Shown here in pieces: positions 18,548 through 30,174 of a DNA stretch of 64,000 nt. Origin of the DNA: Desulfobacterales bacterium. Lineage in GTDB: Bacteria; Desulfobacterota; Desulfobacteria; Desulfobacterales; UBA2245. The notes beneath the pieces are model-generated. The model was not told the DNA's origin. It did no database searches and saw only the letters and a list, made by a program, of their open reading frames with translations. A program made the translations under genes and the position numbers. The stretch spans positions 186,001 through 250,000 of the forward strand of contig JAXGZF010000007.1 of assembly GCA_040771865.1 (NCBI GenBank), written 5' to 3'. Positions within the stretch are counted from its first letter, which is position 1; each line of letters begins with the position of its first letter.

Positions 18548-18837
18548 AATCCGTTCATTGAACAGAGCTTCCGGCCGAAAGTGAACGTTTGAAGTTAAAG
18601 CGGCGCAGGCTGGAACGTTCAAAAGACAGGAGGAATCATGAAAAGGAAAAACGTGGTTTGCTGATTTATCTGCTTCGAAAACCGGGCGACTCTCCAATCA
18701 TGAAATCGGCAATCCGAAGCGTAACAGCCAATCAACGACAGAATGATGGTTGATTCAAAGCCTAAAGATCAGTATGAATTGCCTGATTCACAATCCAGGG
18801 TTTGAACACAGGCCCCGCCATTTGCATGGAAGCCGTC

Positions 18838-21759
18838 ATGAAACATAAATTTCCGCTGCACATTCATCTTTCGACGCTGTTCATCGTCATCACGCTGATT
18901 ATCAGCAGCAGCATTGCCATGGTCGGCTACAAGATGTCCCATGACATGCTGGAATCCTCGGCGGCTGATCTGACAAAGCGAATCAGCCGGGAGATCGTCG
19001 GCGAAATTCGGAGCATCATCGCACCCGCCAATACCACGGTCGAACTGCTGAGCCATGACCCGATCACCGGCGCTGTTGATTTCCAGACGCGCCGGAAGCG
19101 TCTCCAGGTCATGCAGGAGGTCCTGAATGACGCGCTCGGCATGACCTCCGTCTTCATCGGCTATGAGTCCGGGGATTTTTTCTTTCTGCGCCGAATCCGC
19201 AACGAGGAAGAACGCATCACGTTCCAGGCCCCCGAAAATGCCCGATATATCCTTCAGAGCATATCAAAGGATAGGGGGCGGGCCCGGGGTGAATACACCT
19301 ATCTGAGCAGCAGACTGGAAATTCTGCGCAAGGACGATCGGCCGGATTACGCCGCAGGCTTCGACCCCAGGACAAGGCCCTGGTACCAACGCGGCATCAC
19401 CTCGGTCTGGATTGTGACGACCCCGCCCTATCTTTTCTTTTCCAACCGCAAGGTAGGGCTCACCATCGCCAAACGTGCACAGAATGGAAAGAGCGTGGTT
19501 GCTGTGGACATCCTTTTGGAAACCCTCGGCGCCCTGTTGAAACTCCAAAAAATCACCCCATCCAGCCAGCTGGTGCTGGTCGACGCCAAAGGCATGGTGA
19601 TCGCGCATGAAGATCTGGAACGGCTCGTCACGGTTCCCGAAGATCCCGATACCAGCCCCAGCCTGAAGCATCTCGATGATTTCGGCATCTCCGCGATGTC
19701 GGGACTGGCCGATTCAATTCCGGAAGCGAACCGCAGGTCGAATCTCTTCAGATCGGTGAAAGCGGACGGCAAAGGCTGGCGGGTCTCCATTCAGCAAATC
19801 CTGCTCGAAGGCACGGAACCGCTGTACCTGATCATGGCCGTCCCCGATGAGGAGCTGTTTGCCACCGCTCTGAAACTCCGCTCCACCTCAATCGCCATTA
19901 CCCTTTTGATCATCATTCTGTCCATCCCGGTCATCTGGATGATTTCCAAGGCGATTTCCCGCTCCCTGCGGCTCCTCTCCCGTGAAGCCGAAACCATTCG
20001 CCGCTTTGAATTCGACCAGCCGATCAAACTGAGTTCCGTCATTACCGAAGTGAATTCCCTCGCGGAGACAATGGATCTCATGAAGGGCACCATTCGCAAA
20101 TTCATGGATATTACCCATTCCGTGGCGGCGGAAGAAAACTTTGAGTATCTGCTGTCCAAACTTCTGCACGAAACCCTGTTTGCCGGCAGTGCGCAGGCGG
20201 GCGTGCTTTACCTGGCTGATAATACCTCATTAAAGCCCTGTGCCGCGCTCACCCTTGATGGCAAACACCGATTTCCGGATCTTCCCGTTTTGCCCCTGAG
20301 CGTATTACCCGAAATCATAGGCAGGGCACTGGAAAAGCGACAGGCACTGAACGGGCGGCTAACACAGGAAGAAATCTCGGCATCCGGGCTTGAGTCTATG
20401 ATTCGCGGGGTCGAAGCCCCCTGCTCGGTTGTCGTTCCGCTCTTCAATCGCCGGCATGAATTGCTGGGGTTGATGCTGCTTCAGCGCCGAACAGCCATTG
20501 ATGAAGCTCAACTCGCATTTATTACCGCCCTTTCCGCCTCGGCCAGCAGTTCTCTGGAAGCACGGGAACTGATCCGCGACCAGAAGATTTTGTTCGAGTC
20601 CTTTATTCGGGTAATTGCCAGCGCGATTGATGCCAAGAGCTCCTATACGGGCGGCCACAGCACCCGGGTCTCTGAACTCACCCGAATGCTGGCGCGGGCG
20701 GCCTGTCAGGACTCCAGCGGCCCCTATAGGGATTTTCAGCTGGACGAAAATGATTGGGAGGCGGTGCATATTGCATCCTGGCTGCATGACTGCGGCAAGA
20801 TCACGACACCTGAATATGTGATCGACAAGGCCACCAAGCTGGAAACCATCTACGACCGCATTCACGAAATCCGCATGCGGTTTGAAGTGCTCAAGCGGGA
20901 CGCCGAAATTGCCTGCCTCAAGGACATAGCTGCGGGGAAACCCGAAGCCGAGACTCGTGGGCAACTGATGGAAGAACTCAAACAGCTGGATATGGACTTT
21001 GCCTTTGTGGCCGGTTGCAACGAGGGGGCTGAATTCATGGCGCCGGAGAATGCGGCGCGCATCAAAACCATGGCTGCCCGCCGATGGGTACGCACCCTGG
21101 ATGACTCGATAGGAATCTCCCAAGAGGAAAAACAGCGCAAGTCCCGCGGTCCCGCGATTCCTCCACCCGTTGAAGAACCTTTGCTGGCGGACAAACCGGA
21201 GCATCTGTTTGAACGGCCGTCCCGGAAAGCCATGTTCCAGGACAACGAGCTGGGTATCCGGATGAAGGCGCCGGAACTGCTGTACAACAAGGGAGAAATT
21301 CACAATCTGTCGGTATGCCGGGGCACCCTCTCCAATGAGGAGCGTTACAAGATCAATGAACACGTCATACAGACTATCGCCATGCTCTCCGGCTTGCCTT
21401 TTCCGAAACATCTGCGGCAGGTTCCCGAGATCGCCGGAGGGCATCATGAAAAGATGGACGGCACCGGCTACCCAAAACGGCTGAAAAAGGAGGACATGAG
21501 CCTTGTGGCTCGCATGATGGCCGTGGCCGACATCTTCGAGGCCCTGACCGCCGTAGACCGCCCGTACAAGAAGGTGAAGACCCTGTCGGAGGCCATCGAA
21601 CTCATGTCGCTCATGAAGACGAACCAGCACATCGACCCGGACATCTTCGATCTTTTCCTGCGGTCCGGCATATACAGGGAATACGCCGAACGTTTCATGA
21701 AACCCGAACAGATCGACGAGGTCGACATTCGGCGATATATCGTTCCTGAAACCGCCTGA
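18838..21759 (+). CDS. membrane sensor c-di-GMP phosphodiesterase (Cache-HAMP-GAF-HD-GYP)
   Basis: Two TM helices, FDPRTRPWY Cache motif, LHDCGK, HHEKMDGTGYP and ADIFEALTA. Confidence 0.92.
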   Translation: MKHKFPLHIHLSTLFIVITLIISSSIAMVGYKMSHDMLESSAADLTKRISREIVGEIRSIIAPANTTVELLSHDPITGAVDFQTRRKRLQVMQEVLNDALGMTSVFIGYESGDFFFLRRIRNEEERITFQAPENARYILQSISKDRGRARGEYTYLSSRLEILRKDDRPDYAAGFDPRTRPWYQRGITSVWIVTTPPYLFFSNRKVGLTIAKRAQNGKSVVAVDILLETLGALLKLQKITPSSQLVLVDAKGMVIAHEDLERLVTVPEDPDTSPSLKHLDDFGISAMSGLADSIPEANRRSNLFRSVKADGKGWRVSIQQILLEGTEPLYLIMAVPDEELFATALKLRSTSIAITLLIIILSIPVIWMISKAISRSLRLLSREAETIRRFEFDQPIKLSSVITEVNSLAETMDLMKGTIRKFMDITHSVAAEENFEYLLSKLLHETLFAGSAQAGVLYLADNTSLKPCAALTLDGKHRFPDLPVLPLSVLPEIIGRALEKRQALNGRLTQEEISASGLESMIRGVEAPCSVVVPLFNRRHELLGLMLLQRRTAIDEAQLAFITALSASASSSLEARELIRDQKILFESFIRVIASAIDAKSSYTGGHSTRVSELTRMLARAACQDSSGPYRDFQLDENDWEAVHIASWLHDCGKITTPEYVIDKATKLETIYDRIHEIRMRFEVLKRDAEIACLKDIAAGKPEAETRGQLMEELKQLDMDFAFVAGCNEGAEFMAPENAARIKTMAARRWVRTLDDSIGISQEEKQRKSRGPAIPPPVEEPLLADKPEHLFERPSRKAMFQDNELGIRMKAPELLYNKGEIHNLSVCRGTLSNEERYKINEHVIQTIAMLSGLPFPKHLRQVPEIAGGHHEKMDGTGYPKRLKKEDMSLVARMMAVADIFEALTAVDRPYKKVKTLSEAIELMSLMKTNQHIDPDIFDLFLRSGIYREYAERFMKPEQIDEVDIRRYIVPETA

Positions 21760-21852
21760 TATCGAAGGAATACCGTGTTTGAGCACCTTCCGCCCACAAA
21801 CAAGGATCCAAGTATCTTGAAACTGCCTGTTTCCTTTATCAGAGCTGACCTG

Positions 21853-21963
21853 ATGGCAGGCCTGTTCCTGGTGTTCAGCAGCCTCGAAGCCGCCGGCGAC
21901 ACCATCAAAATCGGTATTCTGCATTCCCTCTCCGGAACCATGGAGATTTCCGAAAAGGCCCTG
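21853..21963 (+). pseudogene. urtA: N-terminal fragment of urea ABC substrate-binding protein UrtA
   Basis: DTIKIGILHSLSGTMEISE is the hallmark UrtA N-terminus; homology ends after about 37 aa. Confidence 0.75.
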
Positions 21964-22082
21964 AATACGGACCCTGAAAGCAGCCCCCTGGAACTACTAT
22001 CTGCCTGGCAATGAAACAAAAAAGGATGAACCCAACGACCGGAAATAAATGCATACACTATATTGATATTTCAGGAGGATAT

Positions 22083-22433
22083 ATGTTTGGAAACAAATCA
22101 GGCAATGGATACATAGAAGTTTTGAATGGAATTAAAATAAAAACCCTTAATTATGGCCAGGATACGCTGATGACGGAATTCTTGCTCAAAAAGAATGCAA
22201 TACTCCCGGAGCATGCTCATGTTAATGAACAAACAGGCTATTTGGTAAAAGGGAGAATGAGATTGTTCATTGATGGATCTTCAAGAATTATGAATCCGGG
22301 AGACAGCTGGAATATTCCTTCAAATGCAAAACACAAAGCGGAAGTCATTGAAGACTCCGTAGCGATCGAGGTGTTCAGTCCAGGTCGAAATGACTACATG
22401 AAATATGTTTACGACGAGGATATCATGGAATAA
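22083..22433 (+). CDS. cupin domain protein
   Basis: AGGAGG RBS; PEHAHVNEQTGY and PGDSWNIPSNAKH cupin motifs. Confidence 0.9.
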   Translation: MFGNKSGNGYIEVLNGIKIKTLNYGQDTLMTEFLLKKNAILPEHAHVNEQTGYLVKGRMRLFIDGSSRIMNPGDSWNIPSNAKHKAEVIEDSVAIEVFSPGRNDYMKYVYDEDIME

Positions 22434-22541
22434 GGCAAAGATCTTCGCGCATTTTGAGGCGCCAGAAAGCGCCATCTCCTGTGCCTTGAGAGGATAAACC
22501 ACCTTGGAGGTCATGTATTTTTTACGTGCGGAGCGGACGAA

Positions 22542-23564
22542 TCACCTGCCGTAATATTGTCGAAACCATTTCACAAAAGCTTGAATTCCGGTTTCCAGCG
22601 GCGTATTGGGTCTGAACCCCACATCCTGCATCAGATCATCCACATCCGCGTAGGTCGCCACGACATCGCCGGGCTGAAGATCGCAGAACTCCTTTTGCGC
22701 CCTGGTTCCAAGAACAGACTCCAGAATCGCGATAAACTCGGTCAGCTCCACAGGCTGATTGTTTCCGATGTTGTAAATGCGGTAAGGTGCGCTGGAAGTT
22801 CCCGGATCCGGATGATCGCCACTCCACCGGCTGTTTGGCTGCGCAGGTCGATGCAGGACCCTGAATACTCCCTCGACGATGTCGTCGATATAGGTAAAAT
22901 CTCTGCGCATCTTTCCGTGGTTGTAAACCTGGATCGGTTTGCCCTCCAGAATGGCCCGCGTAAAAATAAAAAGCGCCATATCGGGCCGACCCCAGGGGCC
23001 GTAAACCGTAAAAAACCGCAACCCCGTGCACGGAAGTTTGAACAGATGGCTGTAGGTATGCGCCATAAGTTCATTGGACTTCTTGGTCGCGGCATACAGG
23101 GAAACCGGATGATCGACATTGTGATGCACGGAAAACGGCATCAGGGTATTGGCGCCGTATACCGAACTGGAGGATGCGAAAACCAGGTGCCTGATTCGAT
23201 GGTGTCGACAGCACTCGAGTATGTTGGCAAATCCGACCAGGTTGGAACTCACATACGCCTGTGGAACCTCGAGGGAATATCGGACTCCGGCCTGAGCTGC
23301 GAGGTTGACGACAGCGTCAAATCCGTTTCCGTCAAAAAGGTCTTCAAGTTCCCGGCGCTCTGCAAGATCGATCCGTTCAAAGGAAAATGCCGGGTTGTCA
23401 AGCAGTTGCTTAAGGCGCGCCTTTTTCAACTCCACATCGTAATAGGGGGTCAAATTGTCAATGCCGGTTACCCGGCATCCATGCCTCAGCAATCTGGCTG
23501 CAAGATGAAAACCGATAAATCCGGCTGCGCCGGTTACCAGAACATGTTCAAATTTTTCAACCAT
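22542..23564 (-). CDS. UDP-glucuronate 4-epimerase (NAD-dependent)
   Basis: [28 protein letters not shown] and [15 protein letters not shown] motifs. Confidence 0.95.
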   Translation of the reverse strand: MVEKFEHVLVTGAAGFIGFHLAARLLRHGCRVTGIDNLTPYYDVELKKARLKQLLDNPAFSFERIDLAERRELEDLFDGNGFDAVVNLAAQAGVRYSLEVPQAYVSSNLVGFANILECCRHHRIRHLVFASSSSVYGANTLMPFSVHHNVDHPVSLYAATKKSNELMAHTYSHLFKLPCTGLRFFTVYGPWGRPDMALFIFTRAILEGKPIQVYNHGKMRRDFTYIDDIVEGVFRVLHRPAQPNSRWSGDHPDPGTSSAPYRIYNIGNNQPVELTEFIAILESVLGTRAQKEFCDLQPGDVVATYADVDDLMQDVGFRPNTPLETGIQAFVKWFRQYYGR

Positions 23565-23590
23565 TCGGCAACATCCTTAAAGAGAGAAGC

Positions 23591-23626
23591 AAAAAAAAGG
23601 GACCCGGCTTTTACGCCAAGTCCCTT
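23591..23626 (-). terminator. intrinsic terminator after rplQ
   Basis: AAGGGAC...GTCCCTT stem with a T-run on the minus strand. Confidence 0.75.
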
Positions 23627-23672
23627 AGAATTCAATACCTTTATTGCAACAAATCAGCTGTTCTTATTCGCT

Positions 23673-24152
23673 TTACTCTTCAGCTTTTTGAGGAGAATCC
23701 GCCTCTTCTGCAACGGACTTGGTTTTTGTTTTCGCAGAATCAGCCGCCGCAGATTTCTTTTCCTTCTTCTTGGCTGCAGATTTTCCTTTATACTTTTCAG
23801 CACCGATCAATTCAATCAGCGAAACAGGTGCCGCATCTCCCGGACGCGTACCTATCTTGACGATACGTGTGTATCCGCCGGCTCTGTCGCCGTAGCGTTC
23901 CTTGGCCTGGTCAAACAGCCGGTAAACAACGCCGGGTTCCCGAACGATGGACATTGCCTGGCGCCGTGCGTGAAGATCCCCGCGCTTGGCAAGCGTAATG
24001 AGATGATCCGCCCATCGACGCAGTTCGCGGGCTTTGATATTGGTAGTCTGAATACGATCATATTTAAACAAAGAGGTCACCATGTTTCGAAACATGGCGT
24101 TTCTGTGGCTGCTTGTTCTACTGAGCTTTATACCGGCTTTGCAATGTCTCAT
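23673..24152 (-). CDS. rplQ: 50S ribosomal protein L17
   Basis: MRHCKAGIKLSRTSSHR, GGYTRI; K/A-rich tail. Confidence 0.98.
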   Translation of the reverse strand: MRHCKAGIKLSRTSSHRNAMFRNMVTSLFKYDRIQTTNIKARELRRWADHLITLAKRGDLHARRQAMSIVREPGVVYRLFDQAKERYGDRAGGYTRIVKIGTRPGDAAPVSLIELIGAEKYKGKSAAKKKEKKSAAADSAKTKTKSVAEEADSPQKAEE

Positions 24153-24159
24153 AATTTAC

Positions 24160-25188
24160 CTACTCTCCTTCTTCATCATCAGGAACTTCCGCCTCCGGGG
24201 GCTCGAATCCGTCCAGTTTCATCCCAAGTGAAAGCCCCATATCTGACAAAACTTCCTTTATCTCGTTCAGGGATTTACGTCCGAAGTTTTTGGTCTTGAG
24301 CATTTCGGATTCCGTCTTGCTTACCAACTGCCAGATCTGAACGATATTCGCATTTTTCAGACAATTAGCACTTCGAACGGAAAGCTCAAGTTCTTCGACG
24401 CTTCGATAAAGATTATCATTGAACTCAAAAATTTTTTCTTCTTCGGTTTTTTCGGGTTCGGGCTCGGAATCTTCATCAAAGTTTATAAATATGGCCAACT
24501 GCTCCTTGAGAATTTTGGCCGCGTATGCAACTGAATCTTCGGGGGCTACGCTGCCGTCCGTCCACACTTCAAACGTCAGCTTGTCATAATCAGTCCGTTG
24601 ACCGACCCGGGCATTGCCAACAACATAATTGACCTTTTTGATAGGAGTAAACACAGCATCAATGGGAATAACACCCACCAGTGCATCCTCATCCTTATTG
24701 GCTTCGGCAAGAGAGTATCCCTTACCAACCTTAACGGTCATGGCCATGTTTAATGAAGCTTCGGGAGAGGTAATCGTTGCGATATGGTGATCGGGATTCA
24801 ACACGGTAATTTTCCCTGGATCACATATAATATCGCCCGCAGTAACCTCGCCCTCACCTTTTTTTTCAATCCGGATACTCTTGGGCTGAATATCGGAAAC
24901 CTTGAACCGGACTTCCTTCAGGTTGAGTATAATTTCAGAAACATCCTCAAACACGCCGGAAACAACGCTGAACTCATGCATCACATCGTCAAACTTTACG
25001 GAAACAATGGCGGCACCATACAGGGATGACAGAATAATCCTGCGCAGTGCATTTCCGATTGTTATGCCGAAGCCTCTCTCAAGGGGCTCGCAAACAAATT
25101 TCCCGTAATTTGGTTTGCTGCTTATTTGAACCTTGGCTGGCCTGATCATATCTTGCCAGTTCATGTACATAAGCTCATTAAATGCCAT
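24160..25188 (-). CDS. rpoA: RNA polymerase alpha subunit
   Basis: [45 protein letters not shown] before 25188. Confidence 0.98.
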   Translation of the reverse strand: MAFNELMYMNWQDMIRPAKVQISSKPNYGKFVCEPLERGFGITIGNALRRIILSSLYGAAIVSVKFDDVMHEFSVVSGVFEDVSEIILNLKEVRFKVSDIQPKSIRIEKKGEGEVTAGDIICDPGKITVLNPDHHIATITSPEASLNMAMTVKVGKGYSLAEANKDEDALVGVIPIDAVFTPIKKVNYVVGNARVGQRTDYDKLTFEVWTDGSVAPEDSVAYAAKILKEQLAIFINFDEDSEPEPEKTEEEKIFEFNDNLYRSVEELELSVRSANCLKNANIVQIWQLVSKTESEMLKTKNFGRKSLNEIKEVLSDMGLSLGMKLDGFEPPEAEVPDDEEGE

Positions 25189-25312
25189 TAGTTTCACTCC
25201 AGAATTTATGGTATTCAAATGGAGGATCAAACTTTTGGGAAACAAATATCACAGAACGCTGCGGTCTATTTGCATCTGCTTATTTATCACCGCCGACAAC
25301 AAGATATAATTG

Positions 25313-25942
25313 TTACTTCGAATAAAGCTCGACAATGAGCTGTTCTTGCATGGGAGTAGTCAGATCTTCTCGAACAGGATTACTTTTCACAATTCCCTTA
25401 TAACTTTCTTTTTGCAGCTCAAGCCACTGCGGCACTCCACGGCGATCTACGGCAGCCAAGGCATCAGTAATGGCCTGGACATTCCGGCTGCGTTCCTTCA
25501 ATTCAATTACGTCGCCGATACTGAGCAGATAGGATGGAATGCTGACCTTCTTGCCATTGACCGTAAAGTGGTTGTGGCGGGCAAATATTCTGGCCTGAGT
25601 TCGAGAGTTTGCCAGTCCTAGCCGATAAATTACATTGTCAAGCCGCCTTTCAAGCAATACCAACAGGTTGGTTCCGGTAATGCCCTTCTGCCGATCCGCT
25701 TTCTTAAAACATAGCCTGAACTGTTTTTCTGAAAGGCCGTACATTCTCTTGACTTTCTGCTTTTCACGAAGCTGGACTCCGTAATCGGACACCTTGCCGC
25801 GACGCCGCTGACCATGCTGTCCGGGTGCATAACTGCGCCGATCGAAAGCACATTTATCGGAATAGCACCGGTCTCCCTTCAAAAACAGTTTCATATTTTC
25901 CCGTCGGCATATTCTGCATACCGATCCAATATATCTTGCCAA
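25313..25942 (-). CDS. rpsD: 30S ribosomal protein S4
   Basis: [15 protein letters not shown]...LIVELYSK. Confidence 0.98.
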   Translation of the reverse strand: MARYIGSVCRICRRENMKLFLKGDRCYSDKCAFDRRSYAPGQHGQRRRGKVSDYGVQLREKQKVKRMYGLSEKQFRLCFKKADRQKGITGTNLLVLLERRLDNVIYRLGLANSRTQARIFARHNHFTVNGKKVSIPSYLLSIGDVIELKERSRNVQAITDALAAVDRRGVPQWLELQKESYKGIVKSNPVREDLTTPMQEQLIVELYSK

Positions 25943-25999
25943 GTCTTCCTCCTTTAAGTCGTTATATCCTCAGGAACGCTTCTCGTAAATTACCCGTGA

Positions 26000-26386
26000 T
26001 CATACCCTTCGTTTTTTGGGAGGGCGGCAACCGTTATGAGGGATAGGGGTTACATCTTTAATGGTAATCACATTAAACCCTGAAGATTGCAAAGCGCGTA
26101 TTGCGGATTCCCGCCCGGCGCCTGGGCCCTTGACAAACACTTCGACATTTTTCATGCCGTTTTCCATCGCTTTTTTGGCGGCATCGCTGGCGGTAAGCTG
26201 CGCAGCAAAGGGGGTGCTTTTACGAGACCCTTTAAAACCCTGCACACCGGAACTAGACCATGCGATTACATTTCCGGTCGGATCGGTTATGGTAACAATC
26301 GTATTGTTGAAAGTCGACTGTATATGTACGACTCCATTTAAAATATTTCGTTTTTCCTTCTTTTTTATCCGCGTCTTTTTCGGCAT
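26000..26386 (-). CDS. rpsK: 30S ribosomal protein S11
   Basis: [22 protein letters not shown]. Confidence 0.98.
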   Translation of the reverse strand: MPKKTRIKKKEKRNILNGVVHIQSTFNNTIVTITDPTGNVIAWSSSGVQGFKGSRKSTPFAAQLTASDAAKKAMENGMKNVEVFVKGPGAGRESAIRALQSSGFNVITIKDVTPIPHNGCRPPKKRRV

Positions 26387-26415
26387 GTTTTCAAGTCCCT
26401 ATCTTCAAGGATTTA

Positions 26416-26796
26416 CTATTTCTTTGCTGCGCCTTTTTTCTTGACAGCTGAACGCCTGGGCCCCTTTCGCGTACGTGCGTTGGTTTTGGTATGCTGCCCA
26501 CGCACAGGAAGAGATTTTCTGTGTCGAAGCCCCCTGTACGATCCCAAATCCATCAGGCGCTTGATGTTCATGGAAACGATAGTTCGCAACTCGCCTTCAA
26601 CCTTGAACTCATTGTCGATCATCTTACGGATGTTGTTTACCTGTGCTTCAGTCAAGTCATCGGTCTTGATATCAAAATCAATGTTCAATTCATTAAGAAT
26701 CCGTTGCGATGTGGATTGTCCGATGCCATATATATAGGTGAGAGCTATCTCTATCCGCTTTTTCCTCGGTAAATCGACGCCTGCAATTCTAGCCAA
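26416..26796 (-). CDS. rpsM: 30S ribosomal protein S13
   Basis: [20 protein letters not shown]. Confidence 0.98.
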   Translation of the reverse strand: MARIAGVDLPRKKRIEIALTYIYGIGQSTSQRILNELNIDFDIKTDDLTEAQVNNIRKMIDNEFKVEGELRTIVSMNIKRLMDLGSYRGLRHRKSLPVRGQHTKTNARTRKGPRRSAVKKKGAAKK

Positions 26797-26808
26797 AGTA
26801 TTCTCCTC

Positions 26809-26922
26809 CTATCCCTGCCGCTGTTTATGACGCTTGTTTTCACAGATGACTCTCAAAACTCCTTTTCTGCGAATAAGCTTGCATTTGCTGCATATCTTTT
26901 TTACTGAAGCCCTTACTTTCAT
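26809..26922 (-). CDS. rpmJ: 50S ribosomal protein L36
   Basis: Hand translation [37 protein letters not shown] (below the ORF-track cutoff). Confidence 0.97.
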   Translation of the reverse strand: MKVRASVKKICSKCKLIRRKGVLRVICENKRHKQRQG

Positions 26923-26957
26923 TCAGACAACTCCTTTTATCGATCCATCCGATTTTA

Positions 26958-27176
26958 TTACTTCGACCGATAGATTATTCTTCCACGAGTCAAATCATAC
27001 GGTGATATCTCGACTGTTACAACATCACCGGGAAGTATTTTAATAAAATGCATACGCATCTTTCCGGAAATGTGTGCCAGAATCTGATGTTTATTCTCAA
27101 GCTCCACTTTAAACATGGCATTCGGCAAAGTTTCAACCACTTTGCCTTGCACTTTGATCGCTTCCTCTTTAGCCAT
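26958..27176 (-). CDS. infA: translation initiation factor IF-1
   Basis: MAKEEAI...[10 protein letters not shown]. Confidence 0.98.
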   Translation of the reverse strand: MAKEEAIKVQGKVVETLPNAMFKVELENKHQILAHISGKMRMHFIKILPGDVVTVEISPYDLTRGRIIYRSK

Positions 27177-27272
27177 TCATCAAAACCCCGCACTCAGCAT
27201 GCCCTGTGGGTCGAATTTATCTTTCGAGTATCGCGTAATTCCGTCCATATTGGTTAGGAATCAATTATGGTT

Positions 27273-28586
27273 TTACCTTCGTGCTCGTATCCGGGCGCCT
27301 TTTTTGAGAAAGCCGTCATAATGCCGGGTTAATAAATGCGATTCGATCTGGGATATGGTGTCAATGGCAACGCCGACAACAATAAGCAGTGCGGTTCCTC
27401 CAAAATAAAAAGGAACATTGAATTGCTGAACCAGGATCGAAGGCAAAACACAAATGGCTGACACATAACATGCTCCACCTAAAGTAATGCGCGTCAGAAC
27501 CTTATCAATATAATCGGCCGTCCGTTTACCCGGACGAATTCCCGGAATGAACCCACCGTATTTTTTCATATTGTCGGCGACATCCGCCGGATTGAATGTC
27601 ACAGCCGTATAAAAATAACAGAAAAAGAAAATAAAACCAACATACAAAATCTCGTAAAAGAAATTGCCTGGCATCATGGCTGCGGCAACTTTCTGCATCC
27701 ATTCAAAACTCATAAAACTGGCCAGAGTGGCAGGAAACATAATGATTGATGAAGCGAAAATCGGTGGAATAACTCCGGAAGTATTGATCTTCAACGGCAG
27801 GTGAGTACTTTGACCACCGTACATCTTGCGACCGACAACCCTTTTGGCATATTGAACCGGTATTCTTCGTTGGCCCTGCTCAGCGAAAATAATAACTCCG
27901 ACGACAACCAGCATCAATATCAAAATAATCAGCAGCACAAATGCACTCATCTCTCCGGTCGACAACAGTCGGAAAGAATTTCCGGTCGCCGTAGGAATTC
28001 TTGCGACGATACCTGCAAAAATAATCAATGAAATACCGTTTCCTATCCCTCTTTCAGTAATCTGCTCTCCCAGCCACATAATAAAAGCCGTTCCCGATGT
28101 TAAAGTCAGAACGGTCATTAATCGAAATCCCCAGCCGGGTGAAATAACGATCGGCGCGCCGCCCGGAGATGTCATGCTTTCGAGACCGACGCTGATCGCA
28201 AATCCCTGAATAATGCTCAGTAACACGGTACCATATCTGGTATATTGAGTTATCTTTTTGCGTCCCTGTTCCCCCTCCTTGGACAGCCGTTCAAGATGCG
28301 GAATAACGACAGTTAATAACTGAAGAATAATTGAGGCGCTGATATATGGCATGATTCCAAGCGCAAAAACTGACAGACGCTCGAGAGCGCCACCTGAAAA
28401 CATATCAAATAGACCGAGCAGAGTTCCTTTCGCACGAGCAAAAAAAGAGGCCAGCGCCACCGCATCAATTCCCGGTGTCGGCACATGTACTCCGATTCTG
28501 TAGACCGCCAGCATAAGTAAAGTAAAGACAATTCTCCGCTTAAGCTCGGGAATCTTGAATATATTCTGGAACCCGCCATTCGCCAT
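27273..28586 (-). CDS. secY: preprotein translocase SecY
   Basis: [33 protein letters not shown]. Confidence 0.98.
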   Translation of the reverse strand: MANGGFQNIFKIPELKRRIVFTLLMLAVYRIGVHVPTPGIDAVALASFFARAKGTLLGLFDMFSGGALERLSVFALGIMPYISASIILQLLTVVIPHLERLSKEGEQGRKKITQYTRYGTVLLSIIQGFAISVGLESMTSPGGAPIVISPGWGFRLMTVLTLTSGTAFIMWLGEQITERGIGNGISLIIFAGIVARIPTATGNSFRLLSTGEMSAFVLLIILILMLVVVGVIIFAEQGQRRIPVQYAKRVVGRKMYGGQSTHLPLKINTSGVIPPIFASSIIMFPATLASFMSFEWMQKVAAAMMPGNFFYEILYVGFIFFFCYFYTAVTFNPADVADNMKKYGGFIPGIRPGKRTADYIDKVLTRITLGGACYVSAICVLPSILVQQFNVPFYFGGTALLIVVGVAIDTISQIESHLLTRHYDGFLKKGARIRARR

Positions 28587-29027
28587 TTATATTGCCTCTA
28601 TTTGTCCACCGACAGCTTGAACCTTATCAATCGCGGATTTGCTAACAGCGTCCACCTTGATCGTCAGCGGAAGGGCCAGTTCTCCTTTTCCAAGAAGTTT
28701 GATCCCATCATAACGGCCCTTGACCAGCCCCAGCCGAACCAGCGCGGCCTCATCCACTATCGAACCGCTTTTAAACCTAGCCAGATCGGAAATATTGATC
28801 AATGCAAGTGTTTTCTTGAAAATATTAGTAAATCCACGTTTTGGAAGCCGACGATGAATTGGCATCTGGCCGCCTTCAAATCCGGGTCTTACGCCTCCGC
28901 CGGAACGGCTGTTGTGGCCTTTAGACCCTCGGCAAGCTGTCTTGCCGTGTCCGCTGCCAACTCCGCGGCCAATTCTTTTTCGGTTCTTACGTGAACCCGG
29001 CTCAGGCGATAATTCATTTAACTTCAT
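28587..29027 (-). CDS. rplO: 50S ribosomal protein L15
   Basis: GFEGGQMPIHRRLPKRGF. Confidence 0.98.
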   Translation of the reverse strand: MKLNELSPEPGSRKNRKRIGRGVGSGHGKTACRGSKGHNSRSGGGVRPGFEGGQMPIHRRLPKRGFTNIFKKTLALINISDLARFKSGSIVDEAALVRLGLVKGRYDGIKLLGKGELALPLTIKVDAVSKSAIDKVQAVGGQIEAI

Positions 29028-29028
29028 C

Positions 29029-29211
29029 TCAACACTCCTCAGCCTTAACGAGATGCGACACTTTATTAATCATGCCACGCACGGCAGGCGTATCAATTAA
29101 TTCAACAGTTCGATTGACCTTCGTCAATCCCAACCCGCGCAACACCTTTCGATGTTTTTCAGGCCTTCCGATCATGCTTTTTAGAAGCGTTACCTTAACA
29201 GCACCAGACAT
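29029..29211 (-). CDS. rpmD: 50S ribosomal protein L30
   Basis: LRGLGL...[11 protein letters not shown]. Confidence 0.97.
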   Translation of the reverse strand: MSGAVKVTLLKSMIGRPEKHRKVLRGLGLTKVNRTVELIDTPAVRGMINKVSHLVKAEEC

Positions 29212-29224
29212 TTAATTTTCCTCG

Positions 29225-29719
29225 CTAAAGTTCCTCAACGCTTTTTCCTCTTCGTGCGGCGACCTGCTCTCTGCTTTGCAACAACTTCAGGCCTTCAATG
29301 GTAGCCTTGACCACATTATGAGGGTTGTTGGTTCCAATGCATTTCGTCAGAATGTTTTGCACTCCTACGGCTTCGAGCACAGCTCGCACAGCGCCACCCG
29401 CAATTACTCCGGTACCTTGAGAAGCGGGTTTCAACAATACCCTGCCCGCACCGAACTTGCCGACAACGGCAAAAGGAACCGTGCCTTCCTGTAATGGAAC
29501 ACAAACCATATTTTTTCTAGCCTTGTCGACACCTTTCCGAATTGCCTCCGGGACCTCTCCAGCTTTTCCAAGCCCGAAACCTACGCTGCCCTTTCCATCA
29601 CCTACCACCACTATAGCACTGAAACTAAAGCGGCGACCGCCCTTAACGACCTTGGCCACACGGCTTATATGAACGACCTTGTCTATTAATTCATTTTCAT
29701 CTGTCGCTTTTTGATACAA
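29225..29719 (-). CDS. rpsE: 30S ribosomal protein S5
   Basis: [14 protein letters not shown]. Confidence 0.98.
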   Translation of the reverse strand: MYQKATDENELIDKVVHISRVAKVVKGGRRFSFSAIVVVGDGKGSVGFGLGKAGEVPEAIRKGVDKARKNMVCVPLQEGTVPFAVVGKFGAGRVLLKPASQGTGVIAGGAVRAVLEAVGVQNILTKCIGTNNPHNVVKATIEGLKLLQSREQVAARRGKSVEEL

Positions 29720-29737
29720 GGAAATGCCTCCTTAATT

Positions 29738-30106
29738 TTAGAAATCCAAACCCCCTTCACGTGCACCGTCGGAAACAGCCTTGACACGCCCATGATACAG
29801 AAAGCCGTTTCGGTCAAATACCACTTTTTTAATTCCAGACTCCATCGCTCGCTGGGCAACCAGTTTTCCGACGCAAATCGACATGGCGATTTTACTTTCG
29901 AGTTTGGGTTGTTCCTTGATCACTTTTTCCAAACTGGAAGCCGATGCCAGGGTCCTGCCGGTAATATCATCAATAATCTGCGCGTATATATGCCGGGCAC
30001 TTCTGAAAACACTTAGGCGCGGTCTTTCCTGAGTGCCGCTCATCTTCACTCTGATTCTGACTTTTCTTTTTAATCTAGCTGCTTGCCTCTGGTTTTTAAA
30101 ACCCAT
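29738..30106 (-). CDS. rplR: 50S ribosomal protein L18
   Basis: [21 protein letters not shown]. Confidence 0.98.
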   Translation of the reverse strand: MGFKNQRQAARLKRKVRIRVKMSGTQERPRLSVFRSARHIYAQIIDDITGRTLASASSLEKVIKEQPKLESKIAMSICVGKLVAQRAMESGIKKVVFDRNGFLYHGRVKAVSDGAREGGLDF

Positions 30107-30174
30107 AATTCTTATCCTTTTATCGCGAGTCGAAGTATTGTATCACATCGCGCTAAAATAAAATCACAAAGTAC

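Noticed and set aside
20359..21924. 521-aa minus-strand ORF
   Set aside because: Antisense to the HD-GYP gene; no motifs.
22557..24299. 580-aa plus-strand ORF
   Set aside because: Antisense to the epimerase, rplQ and rpoA; a shadow ORF.
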